Assembly: GCF_009914755.1 (NCBI RefSeq)
Contig: NC_060937.1
From: the human T2T-CHM13v2.0 reference genome, Homo sapiens
Direction: 5' to 3' (one strand)
Length of the DNA stretch: 64,000 bases
In this document: piece after piece, positions 51,956 through 64,000 of the stretch
Layout of the letters: each line of letters begins with the position of its first letter
How positions within the stretch are numbered: the stretch's first letter is position 1
Notes under the pieces: model-generated
Told to the model about the DNA's origin: nothing
The model's input: only the letters and a program-made list of their open reading frames with translations
Databases searched by the model: none
Made by a program: the position numbers and the translations under genes

Positions 51956-54363
51956 GTCTATATTCATGGAAATGAGGGTTGGGAAGAAGTGCTGCCCGTA
52001 ACTTGTCCTGGCCATGGTATTACCTCTTATAACTTGATCTTCCAGTGACCACCCCTCCTGCTCAACTCCAGTATATTGAGTGTTGCTCTTTTGATTCACC
52101 GTCTCTGTGCTGCAAATCAGTAACTCCCACTTTCAGCATGATAACAAAGACAGACCTGCCCTGTGATCACTGTACCTTAAAGAACAACCACCAGCACAAC
52201 AACGCAGCCCCATGTTTTGGAAATTTGTATGAATTATTTTACATTTTCAGACAACCCTGAAAATAAATGTTAACATTTTTGCTTTATGAACAAGAACAAA
52301 AGCTCAGAAAGGACAAATTATTTGCTCAAAAATTACAGCTGTAAAGGGGGTAGGCCTGATATTTAAACCTAGGTCTTTGGTTTCGTGCCCATGTATATTC
52401 TTACTGCTTCTCTGCCCTTCACCAGAGTGGATCCCCCAAGCCCTGTCCCACCAATTAGGAATGGGCTTTTTCCTGTTCCTTGCTCATTATCACTCTTTGC
52501 TCGTTCTGTATGGCTGAGAATTTGTCCTGTTTTGTTCCCAATGACGTAGAACAGAAGTGAATCCAAAAATGTCCTTGGGTTTGGTCCCTTATGCTTCATT
52601 CTCATATTTCCATTTCAGTAGAGTTTAATAGAGAACTTCTCTCAAAGCAGCTGAGCATGTGACTATATGAGATGAAGGAATGCCTTTCAGGAAAGCTTAG
52701 AGCAGCCAACTCCACTGCTGTCCCTGGGAAGTCTGAAGGCTATTTCTTCCCAGACAATGAGCAGCTCCAGTTCCTTTCCAGGCTAACTTGCATGATTGAC
52801 ATAGTCAAGGCATGCTGGAATTTAACGGGAAAAACAAGAACACTTTCTTATGAAGTTACAACTAATACAGAGAAATAGTTCAAGCATATATCTAGGATTC
52901 ATAGCGTAAACATCTCATTTTCCAGACGGTCCAACACAGTACCTGAAACAAAGAAGGTACTTAATATTTGCTAAATTCAGTCCAAGTATTCAGCTATGTC
53001 AAAATTGGTTCTGGTCCCCATTTAACACCCTGAATACTAAAAAGACAGAACATAGAATCAACTGGGCCGGCATGTGATTCTAGCAGAATTGCTGTTGAGT
53101 GCACCATACTCATTACTAATATCAGCATTTACTGACAGACTTATTTGTCCCATGTGCTGGGAAGGAACCCAAGATACCTAGACGTGATTCCATATCATAA
53201 TCCGTATCATGTGCAATGCAAGTCTCTCTTTGGTTTTATCCCTTGTAAGACAACATACGAGAACAACTTTTAGCTTCAGTATATATTTGATGTTTTTAGC
53301 AATAATAGTAAACAAGTGCGTATAGAGTAGTGACGACAAGATTCCTTCTGCAGTTAATTGAGAAAATAATTATGAAACATTTTAGATTGCCAAAATCTTA
53401 TTGCCAGGAAAATTTGCATTGTTCCAATTTACATGGGCATTATCTTTGCTTATCTTAGAGTTCTAAAATTCATCAAAGAACAGAATGTCTAAGAATATTA
53501 ATATCTGTTTGTGGGAAATACGCTCAACCTCCTCAAAAGCTCAAATGTTTGAGAAGACCTCACCGAAATGAGAATGTAGAGTTAGCTTCCTTTTGACACA
53601 ATGCTTGATTTTTCATGGACTTTAGTTTGCTTTTTGAAACTTGTGAAACATTAAAAATATTTTTTCATCAAATCTGCATGTTTAAAAAGTCAACTAAATA
53701 TGTAAGACTTGTTAAGATGAAAACTAGTTTTATTTCGCTTTCCACAGAGACACTCTGTTTAAACATTTTTCTCTAAGATTTTAGACTTTACCTCCACGTC
53801 TATAAATATCATGCTTATGTTGGTATGTCTTTTTAAAAATCAATGTTAGATATTTTCTACTGAATTATCACCATAAAATAAGAAAAACTAGTTTTCTTTC
53901 TCGTGTTTTATGTCACACAGGCATACTTGCTTTCTCCCATCCAATTGTCTCAAGAGAGTTATAATTTTTGTCAGATTTTGTACAATTAAGATTACATAAA
54001 TGCAATTTAGTGCTATGTCGATTAGTAAACTATGATCATATTTCGCTTCATGTACCACCTTTTGTTTCCCTGGAGCTCATAATCACCCATGTTTGCTTAT
54101 TTGCTTAGTTTTCTATTTATGTAACACTGATTTAATCCAAAACTTTCTAATAGTTGTCTAAAGCTGTTCTTAATATATGTATTCTCATCAGGTTCATCTT
54201 TTTATGGAAATCTCTCTTGGTACCTTCTGATCCGCTTCCTTCTAGATGTGTTGCTTTACACCTGGGACACAGATGTGTATCTTGGAAATCTTCCTTTACC
54301 ATCATCCTGGGTATTCCTTTTGCCTCTTTCCTGAGTTGGATCTTCTGTTTCCTGTATCACATG

Positions 54364-54481
54364 TTTATATATATATATATGTATATATATATGTATATGT
54401 GTGCGTGTGTGTGTGTGTATGTATACATATATGTGCGTGTGTGTGCATATATATATACACACACACATATACATATATATT
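54364..54481. repeat. Compound (TA)n/(TG)n/(CA)n microsatellite
   Basis: Direct reading. It generates the YIYMCV-type ORFs. Confidence 0.95.
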
Positions 54482-55087
54482 GCATGTGGTTTAAAGATTT
54501 ATCTGGTTGGAACACATTTTCTGGTAGTTTCCTGGGAATTAATGTATAAAGAAAAATTTCCTGGGATTCTGCATTTCTATGAACATTTCTGTTCTACTCT
54601 TATACTTGATGAAGAGTTAGGCTGCTAGTAATCATCTTTCAGGATTTTGAAGTCATTGTTCCATTTTATTTTAGATTCCAGAATTGCTATTGAGAAGTTT
54701 GAGGTTTTTCTGTTTCTCAATTCTTTGGGTGTGACTAATTTTTTTCTCTAGATCTTTTATGATTTTTCTTCAGTGCCAGTTCTGAAATGCCATTTAGTGA
54801 CGTAAACTAGTATGAGTCTAATTTTATTCACTTGTTTGAACAGTTGATGAAAAATTTCAATCTGGAACTCATGTCCTCACTTCTGAAAAGCTCTCTTGTC
54901 TCTTCTATGACAATAACATTTTCTCTATTTTTTCTTTCTGAAACTTCTTATGTAAATATTGGGTGATCAAGTCTTAAAAAAGTTCCCCCTCTATTATTTT
55001 TGGGTTTTTGCTCTATTTTCTAAAAAAATCTTCTAAGTTCTCTATTATAATTCTTCTTCTCTGCCATTAATTTTCAAGAGCTCCTGA

Positions 55088-55528
55088 TTTCAGAGGGCCA
55101 ATGAGGTAAAAACCTTTCATAATAATTCTAAGATATTTTTTTCTTTTTCACTCTTATGAGTATAAAAAGGTTTTCCAGAGATGAACTTGTGTGTTCATCT
55201 CTGATGAACATCGCAACAGATGGAATGCAGAAAAAGGCATGATAATCCAACTGTCAGCTATTAAATCAGAAGAGATTTGGAAAAATGTAAAACATCACTA
55301 TCATCACTATTTTTTGTTTTCAAATTATAGTTTTTCATAAAAATCTATTCATGTTCTATTTATCACGCATACAATATGTTATACTGAATCATCAATAAAA
55401 TTTAATAATTTATCTCATATATATATATAAAAAACTATAACATACATAAAGAAAAGTATTTTAGAATCCTTGATAATTTTTTAAGAGTACTAAGGGGTCC
55501 TTAGAAAACAAAGTTTGAGGAATGCTAC
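55088..55528 (+). mobile_element. hAT-Charlie non-autonomous element (Charlie4a-like)
   Basis: gaggtaaaaacctttcataataattctaagat...ataattttttaagagtactaaggggtccttagaaaacaaagtttgaggaatgc. Confidence 0.7.
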
Positions 55529-56429
55529 CTTAAGTGTTCCTTATTAAATTATATTCTTGTTATACAGGTACAATGTTTTCTTCCTATCTCTGTTAGAATG
55601 TTATTGATAATGTTTCTGAAATTTCCTTTTCCCCAGAAAGCCTCTGTTTCTGCTAAGTTGCTTTCTTTGGTTTGTTTCTTTCGGTATCTATTTTGGGGGC
55701 TTTCCTGAGGTGTCTGGTGATCTTTGGTTGGATGCTCATATAAGAATTGGGGCTAGTACAGTTGATTGATGGCTCAGAGCATGTGGGTGGGAGTTTTCTC
55801 TGATGTCCTTTAAATTAGGCTGATCTAATATGATTTCGCAGAAAAGATTCTTGTAACGTCTTGTCTGGATAGTAATGACAGGGTTGCCATTGTCTTGAGA
55901 GCCAACAGGGGAATCAACCTCTAGGACCTCAGCACCCAACATGCTAAAGTTTTTTGCACTGAGGTGTCCCCTACTCCCTGTTTGCAGTGAGGTATCCCTA
56001 GCATCTTCATTGTGTGTGTACCTGTGAGTCCAGTGATCCTGTGCCTTACTCTCTCCAGGGAAGAAATCTTCAGCATTCTGCGGTCCTGGAGGAGTGGCAG
56101 TAACTCAGCAGCATCAAGTGAGTATGGGATCTGGGATCCCATACTTATTATATCCCATACTTAATTGTATGTCCTTTAAACCAATCTTTCTTATCATAGC
56201 ATGTATATAGATCTCAGCCCTTGGTCTGAATTCATAGCCTTTTGAGCATCTGCTGTGTAAGTCATACTGCTTTTCAGTTTTCCCCATTGCCAGCTTAGGA
56301 TTTGGTTCTTTCAGTTCTGCCAAGCAAATTGCCACTTGTCCATTTGCTTTCCAGTTTCCAAAATTCTGTTGTTATTATTACCTTTCCTTTTCTCTTTGTC
56401 CTTGTTAGTTATGCTTGTATAAAAAGTCA

Positions 56430-56570
56430 ATTATGCATATAATTATAGATATTTATATATAATTATTGGTAGATATAGATATCTATGTAATTATCTCTTT
56501 ATATAGATCTATATATAGAGAGAGGTGATAGATACAGATAGATAGCTAGATTCTATCTATATATATCTCT
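56430..56570. repeat. TA/GATA-rich low-complexity tract
   Basis: Direct reading. Confidence 0.85.
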
Positions 56571-58399
56571 TCTGAGCTTTGTTAATCTATAGTGAAATTG
56601 GTTGTGTTAAATGTGCCATCAATATACAGAACCAAGCCGAATTTCTATATGGGTCCAGGCATGTGGCCAGTGTTTATTTTTATGAATGTTTCATTCTGAA
56701 GATTCAGTAATTATGTTAAGTTCTGTTGCCAAAGTTGTCTTTTAGCACTCTGATTTATTTTTGGCAAAGGACAGATACATTGACAAGTCGAATATTAAAA
56801 AATCCTCCGCAAGATGTTATTTTTTTAGTATTAAGGCCTTAAATGGATATACTTGATTTCAAAGAAGTTGATTTTAATTTAAGAAAGGGGTTGCTATTTT
56901 TTATAAGCAGTCTCACAATGATAAATGTTTTATCCCGTCAGCTATTGGTGTTAGACCAGTGTTGGCTGTGTCTAGAATTTAATCTCCTGTAGAAAATGAT
57001 ATAAAAAGCAGATATGCTGAATATTCTATAGTAATTTTTTTATTTTAACATCAAAATTTATTAATATTTATTGAACTCTGTAGTTCTTGGCCTCTAAGTC
57101 ATATCCCAGTAGTATTTAAAGAGACTTCGTCACTATTTCAGGGTCCTTGGAGACCATTTAAGGCACAGCAAGTGCTAGAATTATTTTTAGAAATATGACT
57201 AACTCAAATCTACCACTAGACAAAAATGTCAGTGCTTCCTGGCTTGGTGATGAGTCTTCAAAAAGACCTTTGCATTTCTTACTTAGTTAAGTGGCTCAAG
57301 GAATGAGTCTTTCCTTACTTCAGGGTCTGGTAGTCAGAACACTCTGACTCTACAGATACATTTCTTGAGCTATAGGTCACCCACCCTGTTTGATCTTGGG
57401 TTCTGCACCCAGAGCAGCAGAGTTTTCATTCATGCCTTAAGCAATGCAAGCTGGAAGCAAGAAGCAAGAAGGAAAAAATTAAAGTGGAAGACAGTTTAGC
57501 ACTGGGGATGCTGAGAATAAATTTATTTTGATAATTTATTTTGCTAGTATTTTTCTGTTGATACTTATTGGGTAAAATTTAAATTAATGTTGCTATGTTG
57601 ATTATGCTGTATTTTTGGGACACTGTAGTAACAATGGAAGGGCTGACTGCTTAGAGCCAAGAGAAGGATACAAATGTCTGTGTGCCTGACAGGTTTCAGG
57701 CTAAAAGTCAAGGTAAGAGTGATTAAGAAATAAGGAAAAGTTGCTAATAGGATCTAGGAGTTTACGTTAAAAGGAGTAGGTCTGAAACGTTAGACTATTA
57801 ATTTATTAGAGCTGAGGTATGGCTTAGAACTTTGCATTTCTCATAGATCTCTTAGGTGGTTCTTAGGGAGGTTGTTTATAATGTTAAGGGTCATTTCTAA
57901 GACCCCTCACAGACCTTTATAATTCTGTTGACATCCTTGACTTTCAGTTAAAATGCAAATATCACTCATATTTTAAATACACGTTGCTTATATTTTGGAA
58001 AGATTTTTATGATTTTCCCTCTTGAAGCACTTCAGCTACCTAACTCATTTAAGTTATGATTAGCTCTAATTTCTCTGCAATCATCATACATACTTGGGAA
58101 TTACTGAGAAGTTAAAATAACACAAACCTACAGATTGTTTTTATCTGGAATAATTTTCTGATGAATATTAAATTTAATAAGTAATGAATTGGCATAATAT
58201 GTTTTATGTATATCCAGTAAAACTTTTATTAGTTTCAACTTTTAGGTTTTAATACTTTGAAGCCAGTAATTCACTTTTATCGACGCCCAGATCTGTAAAG
58301 CTCATAGGTCTAAGGCAATGTGTCTATAATACCTGTAGCATAAAACAGGTGAGATGCTGATGGTGCTCTAGAGTTTGGTCTTGGGGTGGGCGCTGAGAC

Positions 58400-58790
58400 A
58401 TTACTGGATGAGTCCAAGGCACAGAAAGCTTTGATCAAAAGAGCATGAAGAGACACTGATTTGGATGTTAGAATCACTAACTAAAGAGGGAGACTAAAAC
58501 AGACATGACAATGACCTTCAGTTATTTGAAGTCTAGTGGATGAACAAAAAGAATTTTTATGATCCATAGGCTGGACTTAATAGATGTAATTTATAGGAAG
58601 GTGAATTTTGGTTCATATCAAGGAGAATTTTCTCACTCTTAGAGAGCCAGTGTTGGAATGAGTGGATTTATGAGACAAGAAACCCTTTTTACTTGTTTAG
58701 GCTGCATGCCCATCTGCAAGAATATTGTAAATTTTTGGTAGATAGCTGTTTTAGATGATGTAAAAGTATCTCAAACTCAGATTCTATGAG
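58400..58790 (+). mobile_element. L3/CR1 LINE 3' end
   Basis: gacatgacaatgaccttcagttatttgaag...aaggagaattttctcactcttagag...caaactcagattctatga. Confidence 0.7.
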
Positions 58791-58986
58791 AGAAGCTTTA
58801 AAAGTACATCATCAGTAGGTTGAGAATGGATTGCTTCTGAGTATAATCCCTGAGAAGTTTACTTTGAGGTATATCTGCAATTAATATTAAATCTGTCAGC
58901 AGATTTAAGGAGATACTTAATCTCTAAGTGAATTTATTTCAGCAGCTTTTAAATAATTTAATTATTTTTCATTAGAGGTTTGCTAA

Positions 58987-59361
58987 GATAGGTCCATCTT
59001 CTGCTGCTACAACAGAATACCTGGGACTGGGTAATTTATATTATAAACAGTAGACGTTTATTTGGTTCGTGGTTCTGGAGGCTGGAAAATCCAAGCACAT
59101 GGCACCAGCATCTGAGAAGGGCCTTTGTGCTGTGCCACTCCATGGCTAAAGGTGGAAGGGCAAGTGAGCATGTGAGGCAGAGAATCGAAATCCAGCTGGA
59201 CACATCCTTTTCTTCAGGAACCCATTCCTGTGTTGACTAACCTGCTCTCACTATAATAGCATTCATTAATTATGGTCCTCTTGCATGTCCTGCCTCTCAA
59301 CACTGTTAAAATGACAATTCAATTCCAACATGAATTTGGAGGAGGCATTCAAACTATAGCA
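58987..59361 (-). mobile_element. MST (MSTC/D-like) MaLR solo LTR
   Basis: acagaatacctgggactgggtaatttata...ttctggaggctggaaaatccaag...cattcaaactatagca. Confidence 0.85.
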
Positions 59362-59531
59362 GGAGATAAGAGGCTGCTAAAGCAAAGGAGTCAACATTTT
59401 TTTGGTGAGAATTGAAGAAGCAGAAAAATTGCACAAAGGGTTGCAGAGGAGGCCAAACATAGCAGTACCTTGAATAAAAGACTTCATCTTTGGAGACACA
59501 GAGTCTTGTTTTTGCTTTTTAAATCATAATA

Positions 59532-60441
59532 CAATAGTCCACCTTTACTCATGGGGGATACCTTCTGAGACCCCCAGTGGATGCCTAAAACTGAGGATGG
59601 TACTGACCACAATCGCTATCAATTGAAACACATTTCTGTTCATGTCTTCCACCTACAAATTTAATGCCTTTCCATCTTTATCTTTTTTTGAGAGAAAGAG
59701 GAGGGGCCTCACTTTGTTTGTTTGTCACTCAGGCTGGAGTGCAGGGTTTGTGATTATTGCTCACTACAGCCTTGAACTCCTGGGTTCAAGGGATCCTCTC
59801 ACTTCAGCCTTCTGAGTAGCTGGAATTACAGGCATGCGTCACTGCACCTGGTGCCTTTCCAGCATACCTAAGCACTTATCACACACTGTGGCTATAGCTT
59901 TTGCAGTCTTAGAAGTGACAGCAAAACTAGTACAAATTGATTTCCCTTTCTCACAATTTCACAGATAGATTTGTTCTTACTGTTAATCTTAGAAAACTCA
60001 GCATACAATTTTTCTTTTCCTTAGCAAGTTGAGAACTTTCATCTTTTCATTTAAAGGAAGCGCTTTTTGGGTTTTTTTGGCATATTCAAATTGGCAGCAT
60101 CACTACTTCTGTACTTTGGGGTCATTGTGAAGTAAAATAAAGGTTACTTGAACACAAGCACTGAACTATTACTACAGTCAATCTTTTAACTGAAATGACT
60201 ACTAAATAACTAAAAGGCAGATAGCATCTACAGCCTGAATATGCTGGACAAAAGGGAGGATTTTAATCGCAGGCAGAATGGAGCAGGACGGTGTGAGATT
60301 TCATCATGTTACTCAGAACAGAGTGTAATTTAAAACTTACAAATTGCTTATTTCTGGACTTTTTCATCTAATATTTTGAAATGCAGTTGACTGTGGGTAA
60401 CTGACAACTTGGAAGGCAAAACTGCAGATACAGGGGCACCA
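59532..60441 (-). mobile_element. MER44 (Tigger7-derived, MER44C-like) DNA transposon
   Basis: caatagtccaccttta...gagacccccagtggatgcctaaaac at one end and gttgactgtgggtaactga...gcagatacagggg at the other, with TA flanks. Confidence 0.8.
59677..59851 (-). mobile_element. FRAM/AluJ monomer inside MER44
   Basis: caggctggagtgcag...gctcactacagccttgaactcctgggttcaag. TSD tgcctttccatc / tgcctttccagc. Confidence 0.85.
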
Positions 60442-60918
60442 TACCTGTTTATTTCTTTATAATATTTCTTCCTAATTAGAAAGGAAAGTTCACAAGATGA
60501 AAATGTTTTTCTGGGCATGTTGATAGGTCTGTTTCTGTCTTCTGATTAGCTCCAAGTGGGGGACACATCTTTTTCTCAGCTTTAGAAAGCTTTGCACCAA
60601 TTTAAAGGCAACAGGAAGAATTTCACTCAATATTATGTTATATTGATAATAATGTTCCCACAATAAACAACAACCCTAACACATATCATTTTAGTACTAT
60701 CATATTAGCAACAACATAAAAATGATCCATGATGTTACAATTTCTGGTGCTTATTAGAAAATATAAGCTAAAAATTTGGACTACTAGAAAGCTTACTCAG
60801 AACTTCAGAAATTAAAGATTTTTTTAAAAGCCACTTGCAATGGCTATATAGAGCCATCTGTCTGGAAGGGGGAAAAACAGCTAAGACTTCAGTACTCAAT
60901 TGCTTATTATGAAAGGCA

Positions 60919-61285
60919 TGCTATGGACTGAATGTTTGTGTCCCCCCCAAATTTATATGTTGAAGTCTGGATCTCCAAGGTTAATGGTATTTGGAGGCAG
61001 GACATTTAGAGGTTAATTAGGTCATGATGGTGGAGCACTCCTAAATGGTATTAGTGTCACTATAAGTGGAGGAAGAGACAAGAGCTCTCTACTGTCTGCC
61101 ATGTGAGGTTACAACAAACAGTTGGTCATCTGTAAACCAGAGAGTAAGCCCTCACCAGACACTGGATTTGCCAGCACCTTGATATTGAACTTGGAATCCT
61201 CTAGGACTGTGGAGAAACAAATATTTGTGTTTTAAATCACCCAATCTATGATATTCTGTTATAGCAACACAGACTCCCTAAGATA
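60919..61285 (+). mobile_element. MLT1A-like MaLR solo LTR
   Basis: tgctatggactgaatgtttgtgtccccccc...ctgttatagcaacacagactccctaagata, flanked by ggca(t) repeats. Confidence 0.88.
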
Positions 61286-62099
61286 GGCATCTTGTTTAAT
61301 GTATGTTTTACCTTTCTCCAGAGCTTGGCCTCTAGGAGTTCTAGGATCTTGAATCTAAAGACTTGTAACTTCGAACTATTATTTTTATATGCATTTATTT
61401 TATCCTGATAGAAAACGCGAGGTTTCCAGATCAGAGAAAAGACCAAGTATTTACTTATAGAACATCACGTGAGAATTTCCCAGGCCCCAATCCTCCATGG
61501 GGCAGCATGGTGAAGACAGGTGTCATCTGAATTTTGGAGCTTACATAGCAGGTACTTGCACAGCTGCCACTCCTGTCATTCAGAGAGGGAAAGAGAATGA
61601 GAAAGAGAGAGTTAACACTTTTATTCCTTGGCATGTAAACAAACCCTCTCTATAAAAAAAGCCAGGTCCCTTGGCCTACTATCCTCTTAAATGTAAACAA
61701 ATGACTAAATGACTCCAGGAGAAATAAGCCAGCGAGTCTTTCCAGAGATGTACTTTAATTTCCAAGATTTACCTTTATCTTCCAAGACTTGTTTGCCATT
61801 CAGCAACCCAGGCTACTAGTACTCTCTTGTTTAGGAAGCCCTAACCATACAGAAACAGAAAAATAATAGTTGCTTCTTGACACTAACGAGCTTATAGTGC
61901 AACTTAAATATCACAGGTGGTTCAGGATTGAGTATAATCAAAACATTAAAATGAATCTTTTGTTCCATTAAGAAGACTTTGCATGTGAAGAAAGTTTTGC
62001 TGCAGATGCTGAGAAATTCTACTGTTGCAAATCTACTGTATTTTTCTAGGAAGCTCATGCTCCTACCCTCTGCAATGACAATTTCATCCTCTCTCTCTC

Positions 62100-63065
62100 T
62101 CTCCTAAGACTTTCCATCTAGCACCACCCACCATTTTATCTAGTGACCTTATCTCATATATCACTAATGAAAATTCAAGCCATTAATAGTGTACATCCTC
62201 ATCCTGCCTGGAAATCCTGCCATTTCCAAATAAACTCATATATTTTCCCTTTCACCTATCTCTCCTTTCTCTGCTACTGCAGCTAATTCACTACATATTC
62301 TCTGAATCCCTTTCATTTTGATTATCCTAAGGACATTCCTTCTTCAGGAGTCTTCTCTCTTTTTGGCATATTCAACTTTTTTCTCTCTAATACTTCATTC
62401 CAGTCACATACCATTCATCATTGATATTATATCCCCCTTCAATTACCATTACTCTTTGTTTAACTTCTCAGAAATGTTATCTATACATTCTATTTCCATA
62501 CCTATATCTCTTTTTTGAAGCCTTCAAGTCATTCCATTCTTGCTTATCTTCATAAACAGCAAATGTTTCTTCCAAGGTCACTGGACACTTTCATTTTCCA
62601 AATGAAAGTTCTTATTCTGTATGATCTACCAGTAGCTCTCATCAAAGTTAATGTTTCCATCTTTGAACCATCTCCTAGGTGTCCAGTGACCTTATTGGAT
62701 ATCACTTATCTGTCATCTTTCCTTATCTCCTCCTACTAGACTTTAAAACTGGACTTCTATAAAACTTGGTACAGAACCACATTCTCTTGCTCTTCCTATC
62801 TCGAGATAATTTTATTAATTGTCAGGGCTCTAGATATCATTGGTATTTTGACAAATTATCTTCATTGAAGGTATCTCCTTGATGCTGTGTATCTTCACTT
62901 TGATATTTTATATTCACTTGAAATGTTTCCTGTTTCATCTTTATGTGGGTATTTTATAAATGCCTTCCCTCCCATCCCTGCCAACTGTTCCTCCTCCAAT
63001 CTTCTCCAACACAGAAAATAATCCACCCAGCTGCTCAAGAAAGAATCCTGAGCATACCTCAAGTC
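62100..63065 (+). mobile_element. Decayed L2 fragment
   Basis: ttctccaaggtcactgg..., ccatccctgccaactgttcctcctccaatcttctcc...ccacccagctgctcaagaaagaatcctg. Confidence 0.6.
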
Positions 63066-63608
63066 ATGATTATTTAATCTGAGTTTCTCCTAAGGATTTA
63101 TTGTATATGCATGAAAGACAATAAATAATGTGCTTAGAACAATTTCCAAGTGATTAATTATGGCTGCATGTCAAATACAGAATAAAATGACGAAAGTCAT
63201 ACTTCAGTGGTCATTGTCACTATTAATACCTTAACACCTTTTTGCTTTTATGCAGAGCTGCATCCACTAAAATAAGTTAATATTCTACCTTTACAGACCC
63301 CTTTGGTAGAAAAAGCAGGTTCACAAGCCTATCTGGGGCTTACCCATATAATGACTTCTCTAAAATATCACTAATCAAAGGTATTATGCTTTCCTGACAG
63401 TTAGGATTCAAAGTGGTAAGATTTTCCTTACCTTAAAAATAAACATATGCCAGAGAGTGCAATGGCAGACAAGTCCAAAGTCAGGTTACATATATGTAAT
63501 TATATATTTACAAAATCTTTTCATTAACCCATCGAGAAGAACCACATATTATTTACTACAGATAATAAAAAACATCTCAGGGGTTCATCAGTGTTGGAAC
63601 ACCAGTGG

Positions 63609-63633
63609 TTTTTTTTTTTTTTTTTTTTTTTTT
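63609..63633. repeat. Poly-T tract (~25 nt)
   Basis: Direct reading. Confidence 0.9.
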
Positions 63634-64000
63634 GACCCTAGACAATATGTTGCCTCTGAATTATTTTGAAGACCAGGCTGTTTATTTACACCAAGAAAAT
63701 TGGGACATTTTAACTATATCAGAACTTGGCAAAAATTTTGAAATAATACATGAGATTGGACTTAAGCAGTACTTATGGTAGTAATTTTAATTTTTAAGTT
63801 CTATTTCAATAGTGAAGAAAGTCTGTTAACTTTTTTAAATAATGCCTATGTTAACAAATAAGAGTTTCAGTGCTTATATCTTGCATGCAAAGTGTAAGAT
63901 GCCTTCTCCCCTCCTATTTAATTTTTGAAGAACTTCTGGTTTTTAAAAAGAGAATTTAAAAAATCAAAATTGTGGACATAAGTAATGTGTGACTTCTCAG

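Larger units (their letters stand above)
53655..56635 (-). mobile_element. Second HAL1/L1ME-type element, interrupted by a microsatellite, a Charlie element and a TA-rich tract
   Basis: Starts ttttttcatcaaatctgcatgtttaaaaagtcaac and is colinear with 3340-5990 (e.g. ttgccacttgtccatttgctttccagtttccaaaattctgttg vs ttaccacttatccatctgatttctagcttctcaaattgtgttg). Confidence 0.65.

Noticed and set aside
51590-52099. 169-aa ORF
   Set aside because: Mostly the MLT1 LTR read through; not a gene.
54154-54628. Overlapping ORFs rich in Y/I/C/V/H/T
   Set aside because: Artefacts of the dinucleotide microsatellite.

Overview
AT-rich, CpG-depleted primate DNA (human or great-ape-like; contains AluY/S/J, L1PA, THE1). 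It looks intronic or intergenic and is dominated by transposable elements: Alus, two long decayed L1s, two HAL1-like elements, L2/MIR/L3, MaLR LTRs, an ERVK-type solo LTR, MER53, MER44 and a Charlie element. I see no credible protein-coding gene, RNA gene or CpG island. The ORFs in the track are repeat-derived or chance. The most unusual structure is at 40.0-45.2 kb, where one old L2 carries two separate inverted copies of nearby downstream DNA about 26 bp apart. One is a young ~520-bp copy (~97% identical by manual alignment) of part of the L1 4.1 kb downstream. The other is a much older ~160-bp copy of sequence ~0.6 kb downstream. With a head-to-head AluJ pair these form nested inverted repeats. 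There are also a few candidate + strand non-coding or micro-exons and motif clusters. Repeat subfamily names come from recalled consensus sequences and need RepeatMasker/Dfam confirmation. The locus itself could not be identified.
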